NCBI GenBank assembly: GCA_964648975.1
Contig: CAZYLN010000001.1
Location: 54,793-118,792, forward strand
Direction of reading: 5' to 3'
Origin: an uncultured Gemmatimonas sp.
GTDB taxonomy: Bacteria; Gemmatimonadota; Gemmatimonadetes; Longimicrobiales; Gaopeijiaceae
DNA length: 64,000 bases
Below, in pieces: positions 40,750 through 51,200 of this stretch. Every line of letters begins with the position of its first letter. Position 1 is the stretch's first letter. The notes under the pieces were generated by a model. That model searched no databases and was not told the origin of the DNA. It saw only the letters and a program-made list of their open reading frames with translations. A program made the position numbers and the translations under genes.

Positions 40750-41985
40750 ATGAACTACCTTCGCGGCAGGCTGCTGTTGCCAGGGATTCTGCTGGGCGCC
40801 GTCGTCATTGCGGTCGTCATGGTTCGGCTCCGTCCGGAGCCTGCCCTGCGGGAGCCGCCCTCCCGGCTGCCCTTCGTCACGACGGCCACGGCCGAGGCGC
40901 TCCAGGGGCCGATACCGGTCTACGGCGCGGGGACCGTACGGCCTCGCGCCGAGATCGATGTCACGGCCCAGATCAACGGCAAGGTCTCCTGGGTGGCGCC
41001 GGCGTTCCAGAGCGGAGGAAGGCTCGCCGCAGGCGCGGTGCTCTTCCGCATCGAGGACGTGGACTATCGGAACCGGGTGCGGCAGGCGCGGGCCAACGTG
41101 GCCGCGCAGCAGGTCGCCCTCCTCCAGGCCGAGGAGGAGGCCCGCATCGCGCGCGCCGAGTACGAGAGCTTCCAGCGCCGCCGCATGCAGGGCACCGCGC
41201 CGGAACAGGCGAACCCGCTCACGCTGCGAGAGCCCCAGCTCGCGGCCGCCCGCGCTGCGCTCGCCCGCGACAGCGCCGCGCTGGCCGATGCCGAACTGGC
41301 GCTCTCGCGAACCGAGGTGACGGCTCCCTTCAGTGGCGTCGTTCGTTCGGAATCCGTCGACCTGGGCCAGTTCGTCGGTGCGGGGCAGAGCGTGGGGCGG
41401 CTCTACGCCGACGACGCCGTCGAGGTCGTCGTGCCCCTCTCGGACGATGACGCCGCGCTGATCCCCGGGCTATGGGAGCTCTCCGCCGGTGACGGCGACC
41501 GGCGGGTGGCGGCCAGCGTGTCGGCCGAGTACGGCGACAGGGTCTACTCGTGGGCAGGGTACGTGGACCGTGCCGAGACCACGCTGGACGAGCAGACGCG
41601 GACGATCGACATCGTGGTGCGAATCCCTGGCCCCCTGGAGGGCGGCATCCCGGCCGGCGGCGATGAAGCGGCACCCCGCGGTGACGCCTCTTCGACGCCC
41701 GGAGCCCCGCCTCTGCTCGTCGGCCAGTTCGTGGACGTCCAGATCGAGGGGGCCTCCCCTGAGCGCTACTTCGCGATCCCGCGGGCCGCGCTGAGAACGG
41801 GGAACGAGGTCTGGGCGCTACGCGATGGGAACGTTGTGACCATCATCCCGGTCCGCGTGCTGCAGCGCGCCGACGACGCGGTCTACGTCGCGGGCGAGCT
41901 GGAGGCTGGCCAGGAGGTCGTAGTGAGCGGGATCCGGATCGCGACCGAGGGAATGGTCGTGGCCACCGGGAGCGACGGCGTATGA
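40750..41985 (+). CDS. RND efflux periplasmic adaptor (membrane fusion protein)
   Basis: Has an N-terminal TM anchor, a lipoyl/hairpin region (GKVSWVAPAFQSGGRLAAGAVLFRIEDVDY...coiled coil...APFSGVV) and a beta-barrel C-terminus. The start directly abuts the OMF stop. Confidence 0.88.
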   Translation: MNYLRGRLLLPGILLGAVVIAVVMVRLRPEPALREPPSRLPFVTTATAEALQGPIPVYGAGTVRPRAEIDVTAQINGKVSWVAPAFQSGGRLAAGAVLFRIEDVDYRNRVRQARANVAAQQVALLQAEEEARIARAEYESFQRRRMQGTAPEQANPLTLREPQLAAARAALARDSAALADAELALSRTEVTAPFSGVVRSESVDLGQFVGAGQSVGRLYADDAVEVVVPLSDDDAALIPGLWELSAGDGDRRVAASVSAEYGDRVYSWAGYVDRAETTLDEQTRTIDIVVRIPGPLEGGIPAGGDEAAPRGDASSTPGAPPLLVGQFVDVQIEGASPERYFAIPRAALRTGNEVWALRDGNVVTIIPVRVLQRADDAVYVAGELEAGQEVVVSGIRIATEGMVVATGSDGV

Positions 41986-44900
41986 CGTCACCGACGGCGG
42001 GCCAGCCGCCGGAGTCGCGCGGGCCCATCTCGTACATGGCCCGCAACGGGGTCGCGGCCAACCTGCTCATGTTGTTCATCCTCATCGCGGGGCTCTTCGC
42101 GCTGGGCGGGCTGGTGCAGGAGGTGTTCCCCGAGATCTCGATGGACCAGGTCAACATCTCGGTGGCGTACCCCGGCGCCACGCCGGACGAGATCGAGGAA
42201 TCGATCGTCCTCAAGATCGAGGAGCAGATCTCGGGGGTCGAGGGACTCGAGCAGATCCGCTCGACGGCCGCCGAGGGTCGGGGCTCGGTCCTGGCCGAGC
42301 TCGGGCTGGGCGAGGACCTGAGCAGAGCCCTGGACGACATCAAGGCCCAGATCGACAGGATCGAGACCTTCCCCACGGGCGCCGAGCGGCCCGAAGTCAG
42401 CGAGGTCACCACGCGGCAGAGCGTGATCCGGCTCGTCCTCTACGGCGACGTGCCGGAGCGCACCCTCAAGGAGCTCGCCTACCGCGCCGAGGACGCGCTC
42501 TCCGCGCTTCCGGTGGTGTCCTACGTGGAGACGACCGGCGTGCGCGACTACGAGATCTCGATCGAGGTCCCGCTGCGCCGCCTCCAAGCCCTCGGCCTGA
42601 CCCTCGGGGACGTCGCCAACGCGGTCCGAGGCGGCTCACTGGACCTGTCGGCCGGCAGCATCGACACGCGCGACGAAGAGGTACGGATCCGCACCACCGG
42701 GCAGAACTACACGCAGCAGGATTTCGAGGAGATCATCGTGCTGAGCCGCGCCGACGGCACCGTCGTGCGGCTCGGCGACATCGCCGATGTGCGCGACGGC
42801 TTTCGAGACGTGGATCTGATCGGCCGTTACCGGGGGCAGCCCGCCGCCTACGTCGAGATCTTCCGTACCGCCGACGAGAAGGTCCTGGAGATCGTCGACG
42901 CGGTGGAGCGGCACCTGGAGGAGGAGGTGGTCCCCTCGCTACCCGCAGGTGTGGGCCTCGAGATATGGAACAACGACGCCGATGTCCTTCAGTCGCGCCT
43001 CGGCCTCCTCGTCAAGAACGGGTTCCTCGGGCTCACCCTCGTGCTGCTGGCGCTGGCGCTCTTCCTGGAGATCCGGCTCGCTCTCTGGGTCGCGGTGGGG
43101 ATCGCGGTGTCGTTCGTGGGCACGTTCGCCGTGATGGCGGTGCTCGGCGTGTCCATCAACCTGATGTCGCTCTTCGCCTTCATTCTCGCCGTGGGGATCG
43201 TGGTCGACGACGCGATCGTCGTGGGCGAGAACATCTACGCCGAGCGCGAGCGGGGCTCGAAAGGAGTCGTCGCCTCGATCCGCGGCACCCGCCGCATAAC
43301 CCGACCGGTGATCTTCGCGGTGCTGACCACCGTGGTAGCCTTCTGTCCGCTATTCTTCGTCCCCAGCTCGATCGGGAGGATCGTCGGCCAGATCCCGGTC
43401 ATCGTGATCTCGGTGCTGCTCTTCTCACTGCTCGAGTCCCTGCTCGTCCTGCCCAACCACCTCTCCCACCTCCCCGACCCCGGCAGCCGCTCGTCCATGC
43501 GCGGGCCGCACGCGATCCGTCTCGTCCAGTCCCGGGTGGAGTCGGGGCTCAAGCGCTTCATCGACGGACCGCTCGACCGGAGTCTGCGCTTCGCGACCGG
43601 CCAGCCCGGAATCGTGATCGCCACGGGCGTCGCCATGATCATCATCTCCGTCGCGATGGTGCCGGCGGGAATCATCAAAGTCGACTTCATGCCGTCCGTG
43701 GAAGCAGACATGGTGACGGCGAGCCTGCAGATGCCCGAGGGCACGCCGGTGCAACGCACCGCGGAGGTGGCCCGGTCGCTGGAGACGACCGGATACCAGG
43801 CGCTCGACCGGCTGGCCTCGGCCGAGGGCGAGGACATCGAAGCGCTGCTGAGCGGCGTCAACGTGACGATCGGCCTCCCGGCCAGGCGAGCGGGCCCCGC
43901 CATGGCGGACGGTGCGACCGATCCGCAGGCCAACATCGCGGCCGTCGAGTTCAAGCTCGTGAGCCCCGAAGAACGCGACGTCTCCGCGACCGACCTGCAA
44001 CAGGAGTGGCGCGAGGCGGTCGGCACGCTGTCCGAAGCCAAGTCGCTCAGCATCACGGCAGAGCTGATCGGCTTCGGCTCCCCCGTCCACGTCGAGCTCT
44101 CCCACCCCGATCCCGACCGCGTGGCAGCCATGGGAGACACGGTCATGGCGAGGCTCCGCCAAGTGGCCGGCGTCTTCGACGTGCAGGCGGACCAGGATCA
44201 GGGTCTAAGGGAGATCCAGCTCGACCTGTTGCCCGAAGCCCGGACCCTCGGACTGACGCTCGACGACCTCGCCCGGCAGGTGCGATCCGCGTTCTTCGGC
44301 AACGAAGCCCTGCGCGTGCAGCGTGGCCGCGAGGACATCCGCGTCTACGTGCGGTTGCCCGAGGAGGAGCGCAACGCGATCGCCGACGTGGAGAACTACC
44401 AGATCCGTACGCCCACCGGCGGCGAGGTGCCGCTCGGCCGGGTGGCCTCGGTGCGCTTCGGCCACTCCCCAACGACCATCCGCCGCAAGGACGGCCAACG
44501 GGTGCTCACGGTAACGGCCGACGTGAACACCGCCGTCGTCACCGGCGACGAGGTGACGGGGCTGCTGGAGAGTTCCGTCCTCCCCGCGCTCGCCGCCCGC
44601 AGTCCGGGGCTCACCTATTCGTTCGGCGGTGAACAGCAGGAACAGGTCGAGTCCTTCGGCGCGCTCGGCAGCGGCTTCACCCTCGCGCTCCTGGCCATCT
44701 ACGCGCTCCTGGCGATCCCCTTCGGTTCCTATACCAAGCCGTTGATCATCATGGCGGCCATCCCCTTCGGCATCATCGGCGCCGTCGTGGGCCACGCGAT
44801 ACTCGGCCTGCAGATGGCGATCATGTCGCTCTTCGGGATCATAGGCCTGAGCGGCGTCGTCGTGAACGACTCGCTCGTCATGATCGACTTCATCAACGAG

Positions 44901-45158
44901 CGGCTACGCCGGGGGATGCCCGGCCGGGAAGCGATCGTCGAAGGTGCGAAGGCCCGCTTCCGCCCGATCTTCCTGACCTCGATGACGACCTTTCTCGGTG
45001 TCGCGCCGCTCGTCTTCGAGACCAGCATCCAGGCGCAGTTCCTAATCCCGATGGCGGCTTCGCTGGGCTTCGGGATCCTGTTCGCGACGGCCGTGCTGAT
45101 GATGATCGTGCCGGCGCTTGCCATGGTGCAGCATCGGCTGGTCGGAGCGCGGATCTAG
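41982..45158 (+). CDS. RND transporter permease (AcrB/AcrD/AcrF family)
   Basis: 1058 aa with a 12-TM architecture and two large periplasmic loops. IVVDDAIVVGENI and VVVNDSLVMIDF are the conserved TM4/TM10 motifs. The ATG overlaps the MFP stop (ATGA at 41982-41985). Confidence 0.93.
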   Translation: MTSPTAGQPPESRGPISYMARNGVAANLLMLFILIAGLFALGGLVQEVFPEISMDQVNISVAYPGATPDEIEESIVLKIEEQISGVEGLEQIRSTAAEGRGSVLAELGLGEDLSRALDDIKAQIDRIETFPTGAERPEVSEVTTRQSVIRLVLYGDVPERTLKELAYRAEDALSALPVVSYVETTGVRDYEISIEVPLRRLQALGLTLGDVANAVRGGSLDLSAGSIDTRDEEVRIRTTGQNYTQQDFEEIIVLSRADGTVVRLGDIADVRDGFRDVDLIGRYRGQPAAYVEIFRTADEKVLEIVDAVERHLEEEVVPSLPAGVGLEIWNNDADVLQSRLGLLVKNGFLGLTLVLLALALFLEIRLALWVAVGIAVSFVGTFAVMAVLGVSINLMSLFAFILAVGIVVDDAIVVGENIYAERERGSKGVVASIRGTRRITRPVIFAVLTTVVAFCPLFFVPSSIGRIVGQIPVIVISVLLFSLLESLLVLPNHLSHLPDPGSRSSMRGPHAIRLVQSRVESGLKRFIDGPLDRSLRFATGQPGIVIATGVAMIIISVAMVPAGIIKVDFMPSVEADMVTASLQMPEGTPVQRTAEVARSLETTGYQALDRLASAEGEDIEALLSGVNVTIGLPARRAGPAMADGATDPQANIAAVEFKLVSPEERDVSATDLQQEWREAVGTLSEAKSLSITAELIGFGSPVHVELSHPDPDRVAAMGDTVMARLRQVAGVFDVQADQDQGLREIQLDLLPEARTLGLTLDDLARQVRSAFFGNEALRVQRGREDIRVYVRLPEEERNAIADVENYQIRTPTGGEVPLGRVASVRFGHSPTTIRRKDGQRVLTVTADVNTAVVTGDEVTGLLESSVLPALAARSPGLTYSFGGEQQEQVESFGALGSGFTLALLAIYALLAIPFGSYTKPLIIMAAIPFGIIGAVVGHAILGLQMAIMSLFGIIGLSGVVVNDSLVMIDFINERLRRGMPGREAIVEGAKARFRPIFLTSMTTFLGVAPLVFETSIQAQFLIPMAASLGFGILFATAVLMMIVPALAMVQHRLVGARI

Positions 45159-45410
45159 CCTAGAGCGCGGGGAGAGCGCCCGGAGGCGCGCCTCACGACG
45201 GGCGCAGGGAGCGCCTCCGACCGGGGAGGCCCGGACACGGGGCAGTCCACCAACGGCACGGGCCGGCACAGATCGAGAAGGCTCCCCCTCGACAGGATCG
45301 TCGGCCGCGCAAGCTTGGCCCGAACGGGCGCACGAGAGCGCGCGCGGCCCGCGACTCGGCCTCCGGCCGCCGGCACGGACTCGCGCGTACGGTCTTCCGG
45401 TGGGGCGCCC

Positions 45411-46208
45411 CTACGAGCTCCCGGGCGCCGGCCAGTCCCGACGCAGGCGGTCCAGCAGCCCGGGGGGGCCGGCGAGAAAGGCGGCCAGCCGTGGATCCGG
45501 ACGATTGAACGCGGGCTCGGCACCGTCGGCATGGACGACCAGCCCCCCTGCGGCGTTCACGAGGGCGGTGCCGGCCGCCACGTCCCACTCGCTCTTGGGC
45601 AAGAGCGTCCACGTGAGGTCGGCCAGGCCGGCCGCCACGAGGGCGAGCTTATAGGCGACCGACCCGCACGGGCGCACCCGAAACGGCGCGTCCTTCAGAC
45701 GGCTCCATTCCGGACGCTTGACCTCGTTTCGGCTGACCAGGACCACCGCACTCTCGAGGGAGGGCCGCGCGGACACGCGGACGGGCACTCCGTTCAACTC
45801 GATCCCGGTCTCGACCGATCCGATCACGGTCTGCCCCTTCGCCGGGTTCATGATCCCCCCCGCGACGGGCACCCCGTCCTCGACCAGCCCGATCGAGACG
45901 CACCATTCCGGAACGCCCTCGACGAACTCCTTCGTTCCGTCGATGGGATCCACGATCCACACGCGCGGGCACGAGAGACGCTCGGGATCGTCGGCCGTCT
46001 CTTCGGAGAGCCATCCTTCTCCCGGGTGGGGGAGCGTCTGATGCAGCACCCGGTTCACCGCCAGGTCTGCCTCCGTGAGCGGATCGCCCCGCTCCTTGAG
46101 CACGTGATCGATGGCCCCGGCGGTAAACGACTGGAGCGCGACGGCCGCACGCTCGAGGGCACGCGCGATGCGCGCCAGGTCTGAGGCGCGACCGGCCGCC
46201 GTGCTCAC
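45411..46208 (-). CDS. inositol monophosphatase / CysQ-family phosphatase
   Basis: SEET, WIVDPIDGTKEF and WDVAAG are the IMPase metal-binding motifs. The start is uncertain. A GTG at 46206-46208 gives about 265 aa, and an upstream GTG at 46391 would add a 61-aa Arg/Pro-rich extension. Confidence 0.75.
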   Translation of the reverse strand: MSTAAGRASDLARIARALERAAVALQSFTAGAIDHVLKERGDPLTEADLAVNRVLHQTLPHPGEGWLSEETADDPERLSCPRVWIVDPIDGTKEFVEGVPEWCVSIGLVEDGVPVAGGIMNPAKGQTVIGSVETGIELNGVPVRVSARPSLESAVVLVSRNEVKRPEWSRLKDAPFRVRPCGSVAYKLALVAAGLADLTWTLLPKSEWDVAAGTALVNAAGGLVVHADGAEPAFNRPDPRLAAFLAGPPGLLDRLRRDWPAPGSS

Positions 46209-46395
46209 GGACCCCCGGTCCGGCGCCCAGGCGACGACCGGGCGCGGGCGACGAGCCCGCGGGCCCAGGCCGACGCGAACGGCTCCGTCTTCCGCTCCCC
46301 GGGGGTCCTCGGAACCCCGGAGGCAGCGGACCGCGGCCGACCACGCACCAGGGCCGAGCCGGCGGAGGGGCCGCCTCGGAGGCCGTGCCACCCGC

Positions 46396-47730
46396 TCACG
46401 CGTTCTCGGACTTCACGATCCAGCGCTGTCGCTCGCCCGGCGTCCGCGCCGCGCGTACGCGAGCCGTCGCGTTGCGCGCATCGACGAGAGCGCGCGAATG
46501 CTCGACGACGGCCTCGTAGTCGAACGCGGAGTGATCCGTCACGATCACGGTCGCATCGACCGAGTTCAGCAACTCGGGCGTGAGCGCGACGGACTCGAGA
46601 CAGGTGCCGTTCTGGTTGACCCGCGGCACGTACGGATCGCTGTAGAGGACCCTGGCGCCGTCGGCTTGGAGCAACCGGATGATGTCCAGCGCCGGAGACT
46701 CGCGCACGTCGTCGACGTCCGGCTTGTAGGCGACGCCTAGCATCAGTACGGTCGAGCCCTTCACGGACTTGCGGCCGGCGTTGAGCGCCTCGCGCACCTT
46801 GTCCACGACGAAGATGGGCATCTCGGCGTTGATTTCCGAAGCGAGATCGATGAAGCGCGTCTTGTAGTTGAGGGTCCGCATCTTCCACGACAGATAGTGC
46901 GGATCGACCGGAATGCAGTGACCACCCAGGCCCGGGCCAGGGTTGAACTTCATAAAGCCGAACGGCTTGGTCGCCGCTGCGTCTACCACCTCCCAGACGT
47001 CTACGCCCAGCCTGTCCGCGATGATCGCGGTCTCGTTGACCAGTCCGATGTTCACCGAACGGAACGTATTCTCGAGAATCTTGGTCAGTTCGGCCGCCTC
47101 CACGGACGAGACCGGGACCGTCGTCTCGATGAAGCGCTCATAGAAGGCCTGCCCGACGGCCCTGCATTGGGGCGTGATTCCGCCGATGACCTTGGGCGTG
47201 TTGCGCGTCTGCCAGTCACGGTTGCCCGGATCGACACGCTCGGGCGAGAAGCAGAGGAAGAAGTCCTGCCCGACTTCGAGCCCGGTCGACTGACACGCGG
47301 GCAATACGAGTTCGCGGGTGGTTCCGGGGTACGTCGTGGACTCCAGCACGATCAGGTGCCCGGGCCGGAGCGCTTCGGCCACCGCCCGGGTCGCGGACAT
47401 GATGAACGAGACGTCCGGATCACGGGTCTTCGACAGGGGCGTCGGCACACAGATCGAGACGGCGTCGCACTCGGCGATGCGGGCTAGATCGCACGTCGCC
47501 TCGAGCCGCCCGGCCGCCACGTGCACCGCCACATCCTCGTCGGACAGGTCCAAGATGTGGCTCTTGCCCGCGTTGATCCCCCCGACCAGCCCGTCCTTGA
47601 CGTCGAAACCGACGATACGGATGCCGGCGCGGGCAGCTTCGACAGCGAGGGGCAGCCCGACGTACCCGAGTCCGATGACCCCGAAAGTCAGGTCCGCACT
47701 TCGGAAGTGTTCGAGCCTGTTCTTGACCAT
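46396..47730 (-). CDS. UDP-N-acetyl-hexosamine (nucleotide-sugar) dehydrogenase, WecC/TviB/Cap5O family
   Basis: FGVIGLGYVGLPLAVEAARAG, GLGGHCIPVDP (the catalytic Cys) and AYKPDVDDVRESPA. Length is 444 aa. Confidence 0.88.
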   Translation of the reverse strand: MVKNRLEHFRSADLTFGVIGLGYVGLPLAVEAARAGIRIVGFDVKDGLVGGINAGKSHILDLSDEDVAVHVAAGRLEATCDLARIAECDAVSICVPTPLSKTRDPDVSFIMSATRAVAEALRPGHLIVLESTTYPGTTRELVLPACQSTGLEVGQDFFLCFSPERVDPGNRDWQTRNTPKVIGGITPQCRAVGQAFYERFIETTVPVSSVEAAELTKILENTFRSVNIGLVNETAIIADRLGVDVWEVVDAAATKPFGFMKFNPGPGLGGHCIPVDPHYLSWKMRTLNYKTRFIDLASEINAEMPIFVVDKVREALNAGRKSVKGSTVLMLGVAYKPDVDDVRESPALDIIRLLQADGARVLYSDPYVPRVNQNGTCLESVALTPELLNSVDATVIVTDHSAFDYEAVVEHSRALVDARNATARVRAARTPGERQRWIVKSENA

Positions 47731-48123
47731 ATCTTCAGCCGACCGCAGGTGGCGCGCGGCGGATCCCCAAATCGCCCCCCCGGGGAAACATCTGTTGCGC
47801 GTCCTGCCGCATCAAGCGCCCGGCACATTCGGCGAGGGCGCGCGCCGTCGAGTCCAGCCGGCCACCCGGTGCATGCGCCGGCCCGCCTCCCCGTCTGGGC
47901 CTCGGCGTCGCCGTGGCGCCGGCCGCGCGTGACCTCCGCGCTCGGGCATTGCGCAAGGCGCCTTCGATCGAGGCGGCCGTCCGTAGGGCGGCGTCCGGCA
48001 GCCGGGTGGCATCAGCGCAGGGCCGGATCCGCCTGCCCGACGGCGCGTGCCGCAATGGTCGCGGCACCGGGCGCGGCGGCCGATGCCTTGCCACCGACCG
48101 CGTCGCCCCGTGACCGCCCAGCC

Positions 48124-48903
48124 CTAGGCCCACCAGCGTCGAACCGCCTCGACCAGGCCATCGATCGTATGCTCCTCCGCTACGGCCTCCACGGAGTATC
48201 CGAGGTCCCGTGCCGCACCCGCCGTCACCCGTCCGATGGCCGCGACCGGAACAGAGAGGATGGGCGGACCGAGCGCGGCGAGCAGATTTCGAGCCGCCGA
48301 GGCGGACGTGAAGGTCAACAGGTCGAGACGTCCGGCGCGGAGAGTCCCGGCCAGCTCGGCGAGGTCGCTGGTGGCGGCCGGCGCAGAGGCGTAGGCCGTC
48401 ACGCGCTCCACCGTCGCGCCGCGCGCCTCCAGCCCCTCCAGCAGCACGTCCCGGGACTCCTCGGCGACCGCCAGGAGCACGCTGACGCCGGCCAGGGGGA
48501 CCCCCGTTCGATCGATCTGCTCAAGCACACCCTCGGCATCGTAGCGTTCGGGGACGAGGGCGGCGTGCCAGCCCCTGGCGGCCGCCGCCGCTGCGGTGCG
48601 GGGACCGACCGCCGCGAGTCGCCGAGGCGCACGGCCTCCGGCAACCGCGACCGCCGCGCTCAAGGCTTCCACGCCGGCCTCCGAGGTGACCATCACCCAG
48701 TCATACTCGTCCACGCGCGCCGCCGCGCGCTCGAGCGCGGTCCGGTCGCGCGGCGGGACGAGGCGCAACGCGGGCGCATCGACCACCAGCGCCCCCAGGC
48801 GTCTCAACTCCGCCGCGAGCCGGCCGCCCTTCGTGGGCGGCCGGGTCACCGCCACGGTGAGGCCCACGAGGGGCTGCGCACCGCCCCCTGCCGCCGCTCG
48901 CAT
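48124..48903 (-). CDS. hemD: uroporphyrinogen-III synthase
   Basis: LTVAVTRP....G.LAAELRRLGA, YDWVMVTSEAGVEAL and LLTFTSASAARN form a HemD-like two-lobe pattern. ATG at 48901-48903. Confidence 0.8.
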   Translation of the reverse strand: MRAAAGGGAQPLVGLTVAVTRPPTKGGRLAAELRRLGALVVDAPALRLVPPRDRTALERAAARVDEYDWVMVTSEAGVEALSAAVAVAGGRAPRRLAAVGPRTAAAAAARGWHAALVPERYDAEGVLEQIDRTGVPLAGVSVLLAVAEESRDVLLEGLEARGATVERVTAYASAPAATSDLAELAGTLRAGRLDLLTFTSASAARNLLAALGPPILSVPVAAIGRVTAGAARDLGYSVEAVAEEHTIDGLVEAVRRWWA

Positions 48904-48993
48904 GCTCAACCCCGAATCCTCATGCGCGAGACGCTTCCGCGGGCGAACGCGGAAGCGCCTGGGTCGAGCGAACGACAACACCGCGTTGGCTGC

Positions 48994-49209
48994 TCAGCCC
49001 CTTGCCACGCCTGCGCGCGGCACCTTCGTGACCTTGTTGGCTGAGAGGCACGACGTGCACACCCGCACGCGGCGCCGCTGCCCGTCACGGTCGAGAATCT
49101 TGACCGTCTGAAGATTGGGCAGCCATCGCCGTTTCGTCTTGTTGTTGGCGTGGCTCACGTTATTCCCCGTGGAAGGGCGTTTGCCACACACGAAACAGAC
49201 CCGTGCCAT
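48994..49209 (-). CDS. rpmB: 50S ribosomal protein L28 (Cys-containing Zn-ribbon form)
   Basis: [34 protein letters not shown]...VCTSCL. Confidence 0.95.
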   Translation of the reverse strand: MARVCFVCGKRPSTGNNVSHANNKTKRRWLPNLQTVKILDRDGQRRRVRVCTSCLSANKVTKVPRAGVARG

Positions 49210-49231
49210 CGCTCGATCCCCAGCCAGCTCG

Positions 49232-49741
49232 CTACATGCCGTCGGAGGACTCGACCGACTCGCCCTCGAGGTAGTGCGTGGCGAACTCGACCACGAGCCG
49301 GTCGTTCTCCGTGATCTCGCCAGCGCTCACCCACTCGTCCACGGCAGCCGTCGTGATGGGGGTCACCGTACCGACGACGTCGAACATCGCCCCGACCGCG
49401 GGCGGCGAATCGGTGCGCACGAGGAAGGCGGTGGGCGCCGGGTCCGTGGGCAACTCGATGAAGACGGCGCCCATGCCGACCATGCTGGCCGCCATCACCC
49501 CGTTGAGCCGTATCGTCTGGCCTTCATAGGCCGAAGGATCGGCACCTAGCGCCCCGGCGTCGACCACCGCGGCTTCCGGCATCGCCGGGGCGGCCTCCTC
49601 CATGGCGGGTGCCTCCTCGGCCATGTCGTCCGCGGCCGGCTCGTCGCCACCGCATCCCGTCAGCGCCACGAGCGCCACCACGAGACACGACGACCCCAGC
49701 CCGAATCCGTGCTTCCGGTACATCTCGCTCATGATCCTCAT
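49232..49741 (-). CDS. hypothetical acidic, Met-containing lipoprotein
   Basis: Has a lipobox LVALTGC, then an acidic Ala/Pro/Met linker ([21 protein letters not shown]) and a roughly 100-aa beta-rich domain. I recognise no family. An alternative start at 49732 has a GAGGA SD. Confidence 0.6.
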   Translation of the reverse strand: MRIMSEMYRKHGFGLGSSCLVVALVALTGCGGDEPAADDMAEEAPAMEEAAPAMPEAAVVDAGALGADPSAYEGQTIRLNGVMAASMVGMGAVFIELPTDPAPTAFLVRTDSPPAVGAMFDVVGTVTPITTAAVDEWVSAGEITENDRLVVEFATHYLEGESVESSDGM

Positions 49742-49756
49742 CCAGTTGGAGGTAAC

Positions 49757-50110
49757 TCAATCCACGAGTTCGATAAGGGACATCTCGGCGGCGTCGCCCT
49801 GGCGCGGCCCGAGTTTCAGGATCCGCGTATATCCGCCCGGACGGCTCGTGTACCTCGGGCCGATGTCGGCGAACAGCCGCCCCAACACGTCGTGGTCCTG
49901 GATACGCCGTGCCGCCAGTCGGCGTGCGTGCAAGTCGCCACGCTTGGCCAACGTGATGAGGCGTTCCGCATACGGACGCAACTCCTTCGCCTTGGCCGTG
50001 GTCGTCTCGATGCGACCGTGCCGAAAGAGCGCGGTCGCCATGTTGCGCATCGTGGCACGCTTGTGCGATGCGGAACGAGAGAGCTTCCTGCCCTTCTTTC
50101 GATGGCGCAT
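49757..50110 (-). CDS. rplQ: 50S ribosomal protein L17
   Basis: [45 protein letters not shown]. Confidence 0.97.
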   Translation of the reverse strand: MRHRKKGRKLSRSASHKRATMRNMATALFRHGRIETTTAKAKELRPYAERLITLAKRGDLHARRLAARRIQDHDVLGRLFADIGPRYTSRPGGYTRILKLGPRQGDAAEMSLIELVD

Positions 50111-50136
50111 AAGTGTTCGTCCGAGGGCCCTGCGAC

Positions 50137-51186
50137 TCAGTACCCTTCGGCCTCCGCTGTGGCAGCTCGCATCTCGACGAAGAAGAGCTGGCCGTCGTCG
50201 GCTTCCTCGAACTTCATTCCGAAGCGCAGCCCGTGTTCGTTGAGGAAGCCTTCGATCTCCTCCAGCGATTTCTTGCCGAAGTTGTCGATCTCGAGCATCG
50301 CGTCCTCGTCCCGCTGCACGAGCTCGCCTAGCGTCTGGATGTTCTCCTTTTGCAGAGAGTTGCGGGTCCTGACGGAGAGCTCGGCCAAGTCCTCGATAGG
50401 CTTGCCGAACAGGTCGCGCAGACGCTCCGGCACGACCACGGCACCCGGCGGCGTAGTCTGCGGAATCTTGTCCTGACCGAAGTACAGCATGTATTCCAGG
50501 TACTTGCGGACGAGCTCGGAGGCGTGTGCAACGGCGTCCTCGGGGTGAACCGACCCGTCCGTCTCGACAAACAGCGCCAGGCGGTCGAAGTCGGTGCGCT
50601 GGCCGACGCGAGTCTCCTCGACCGTGAAGTTCGCCCGCCGCACCGGGTTGTAGATCGAGTCGATGCGGACCAGGTCGACGGGAGCGCCACGGGGCACCGG
50701 ATGCTGATCGGCCAGCACGAATCCGCGGCCCTTGTTGACGTGGAGCTCGACACCGAGTTCGCGCTCCTCCTGAAGCGTGAGCAGGTGATGGCCCGGATCG
50801 AGAACGGCGACTCCGGAAGAGACCTGGAGCTGCGCGGCTGTCACCGGACCGGCCCGCGACGTGGTGAGCTTGAGCGTCGCCTGTTCGACGTCGTCGTCCA
50901 GCGTCACGACGAGGGACTTGAGGTTCTGGATGATCTGGTGCACGTCCTCGACGACCCCGGCGATCGTCTGGTGCTCGTGCACCACGCCGTCGATCCTGAA
51001 CGCCCAGACGGCCCCTCCCCGGAGAGACGAAAGCAGAACGCGCCGCACCGAGTTACCGAGCGTGTGACCGAAGCCCCGCTCGAGCGGCTCGATGACGAAG
51101 CGCGCCCTCTTGCCGTCCTCGGACCGCTCGGCGATGTCGATGCGCTCGGGAAGAACCAGACCGGCCAGATCCATCTCCACGTGCAT
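50137..51186 (-). CDS. rpoA: DNA-directed RNA polymerase alpha subunit
   Basis: The ATG at 51184-51186 has an [35 protein letters not shown] is the N-terminal domain, and the C-terminal domain contains [14 protein letters not shown]. Confidence 0.97.
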   Translation of the reverse strand: MHVEMDLAGLVLPERIDIAERSEDGKRARFVIEPLERGFGHTLGNSVRRVLLSSLRGGAVWAFRIDGVVHEHQTIAGVVEDVHQIIQNLKSLVVTLDDDVEQATLKLTTSRAGPVTAAQLQVSSGVAVLDPGHHLLTLQEERELGVELHVNKGRGFVLADQHPVPRGAPVDLVRIDSIYNPVRRANFTVEETRVGQRTDFDRLALFVETDGSVHPEDAVAHASELVRKYLEYMLYFGQDKIPQTTPPGAVVVPERLRDLFGKPIEDLAELSVRTRNSLQKENIQTLGELVQRDEDAMLEIDNFGKKSLEEIEGFLNEHGLRFGMKFEEADDGQLFFVEMRAATAEAEGY

Positions 51187-51200
51187 TCTCCTCCTGGTGC

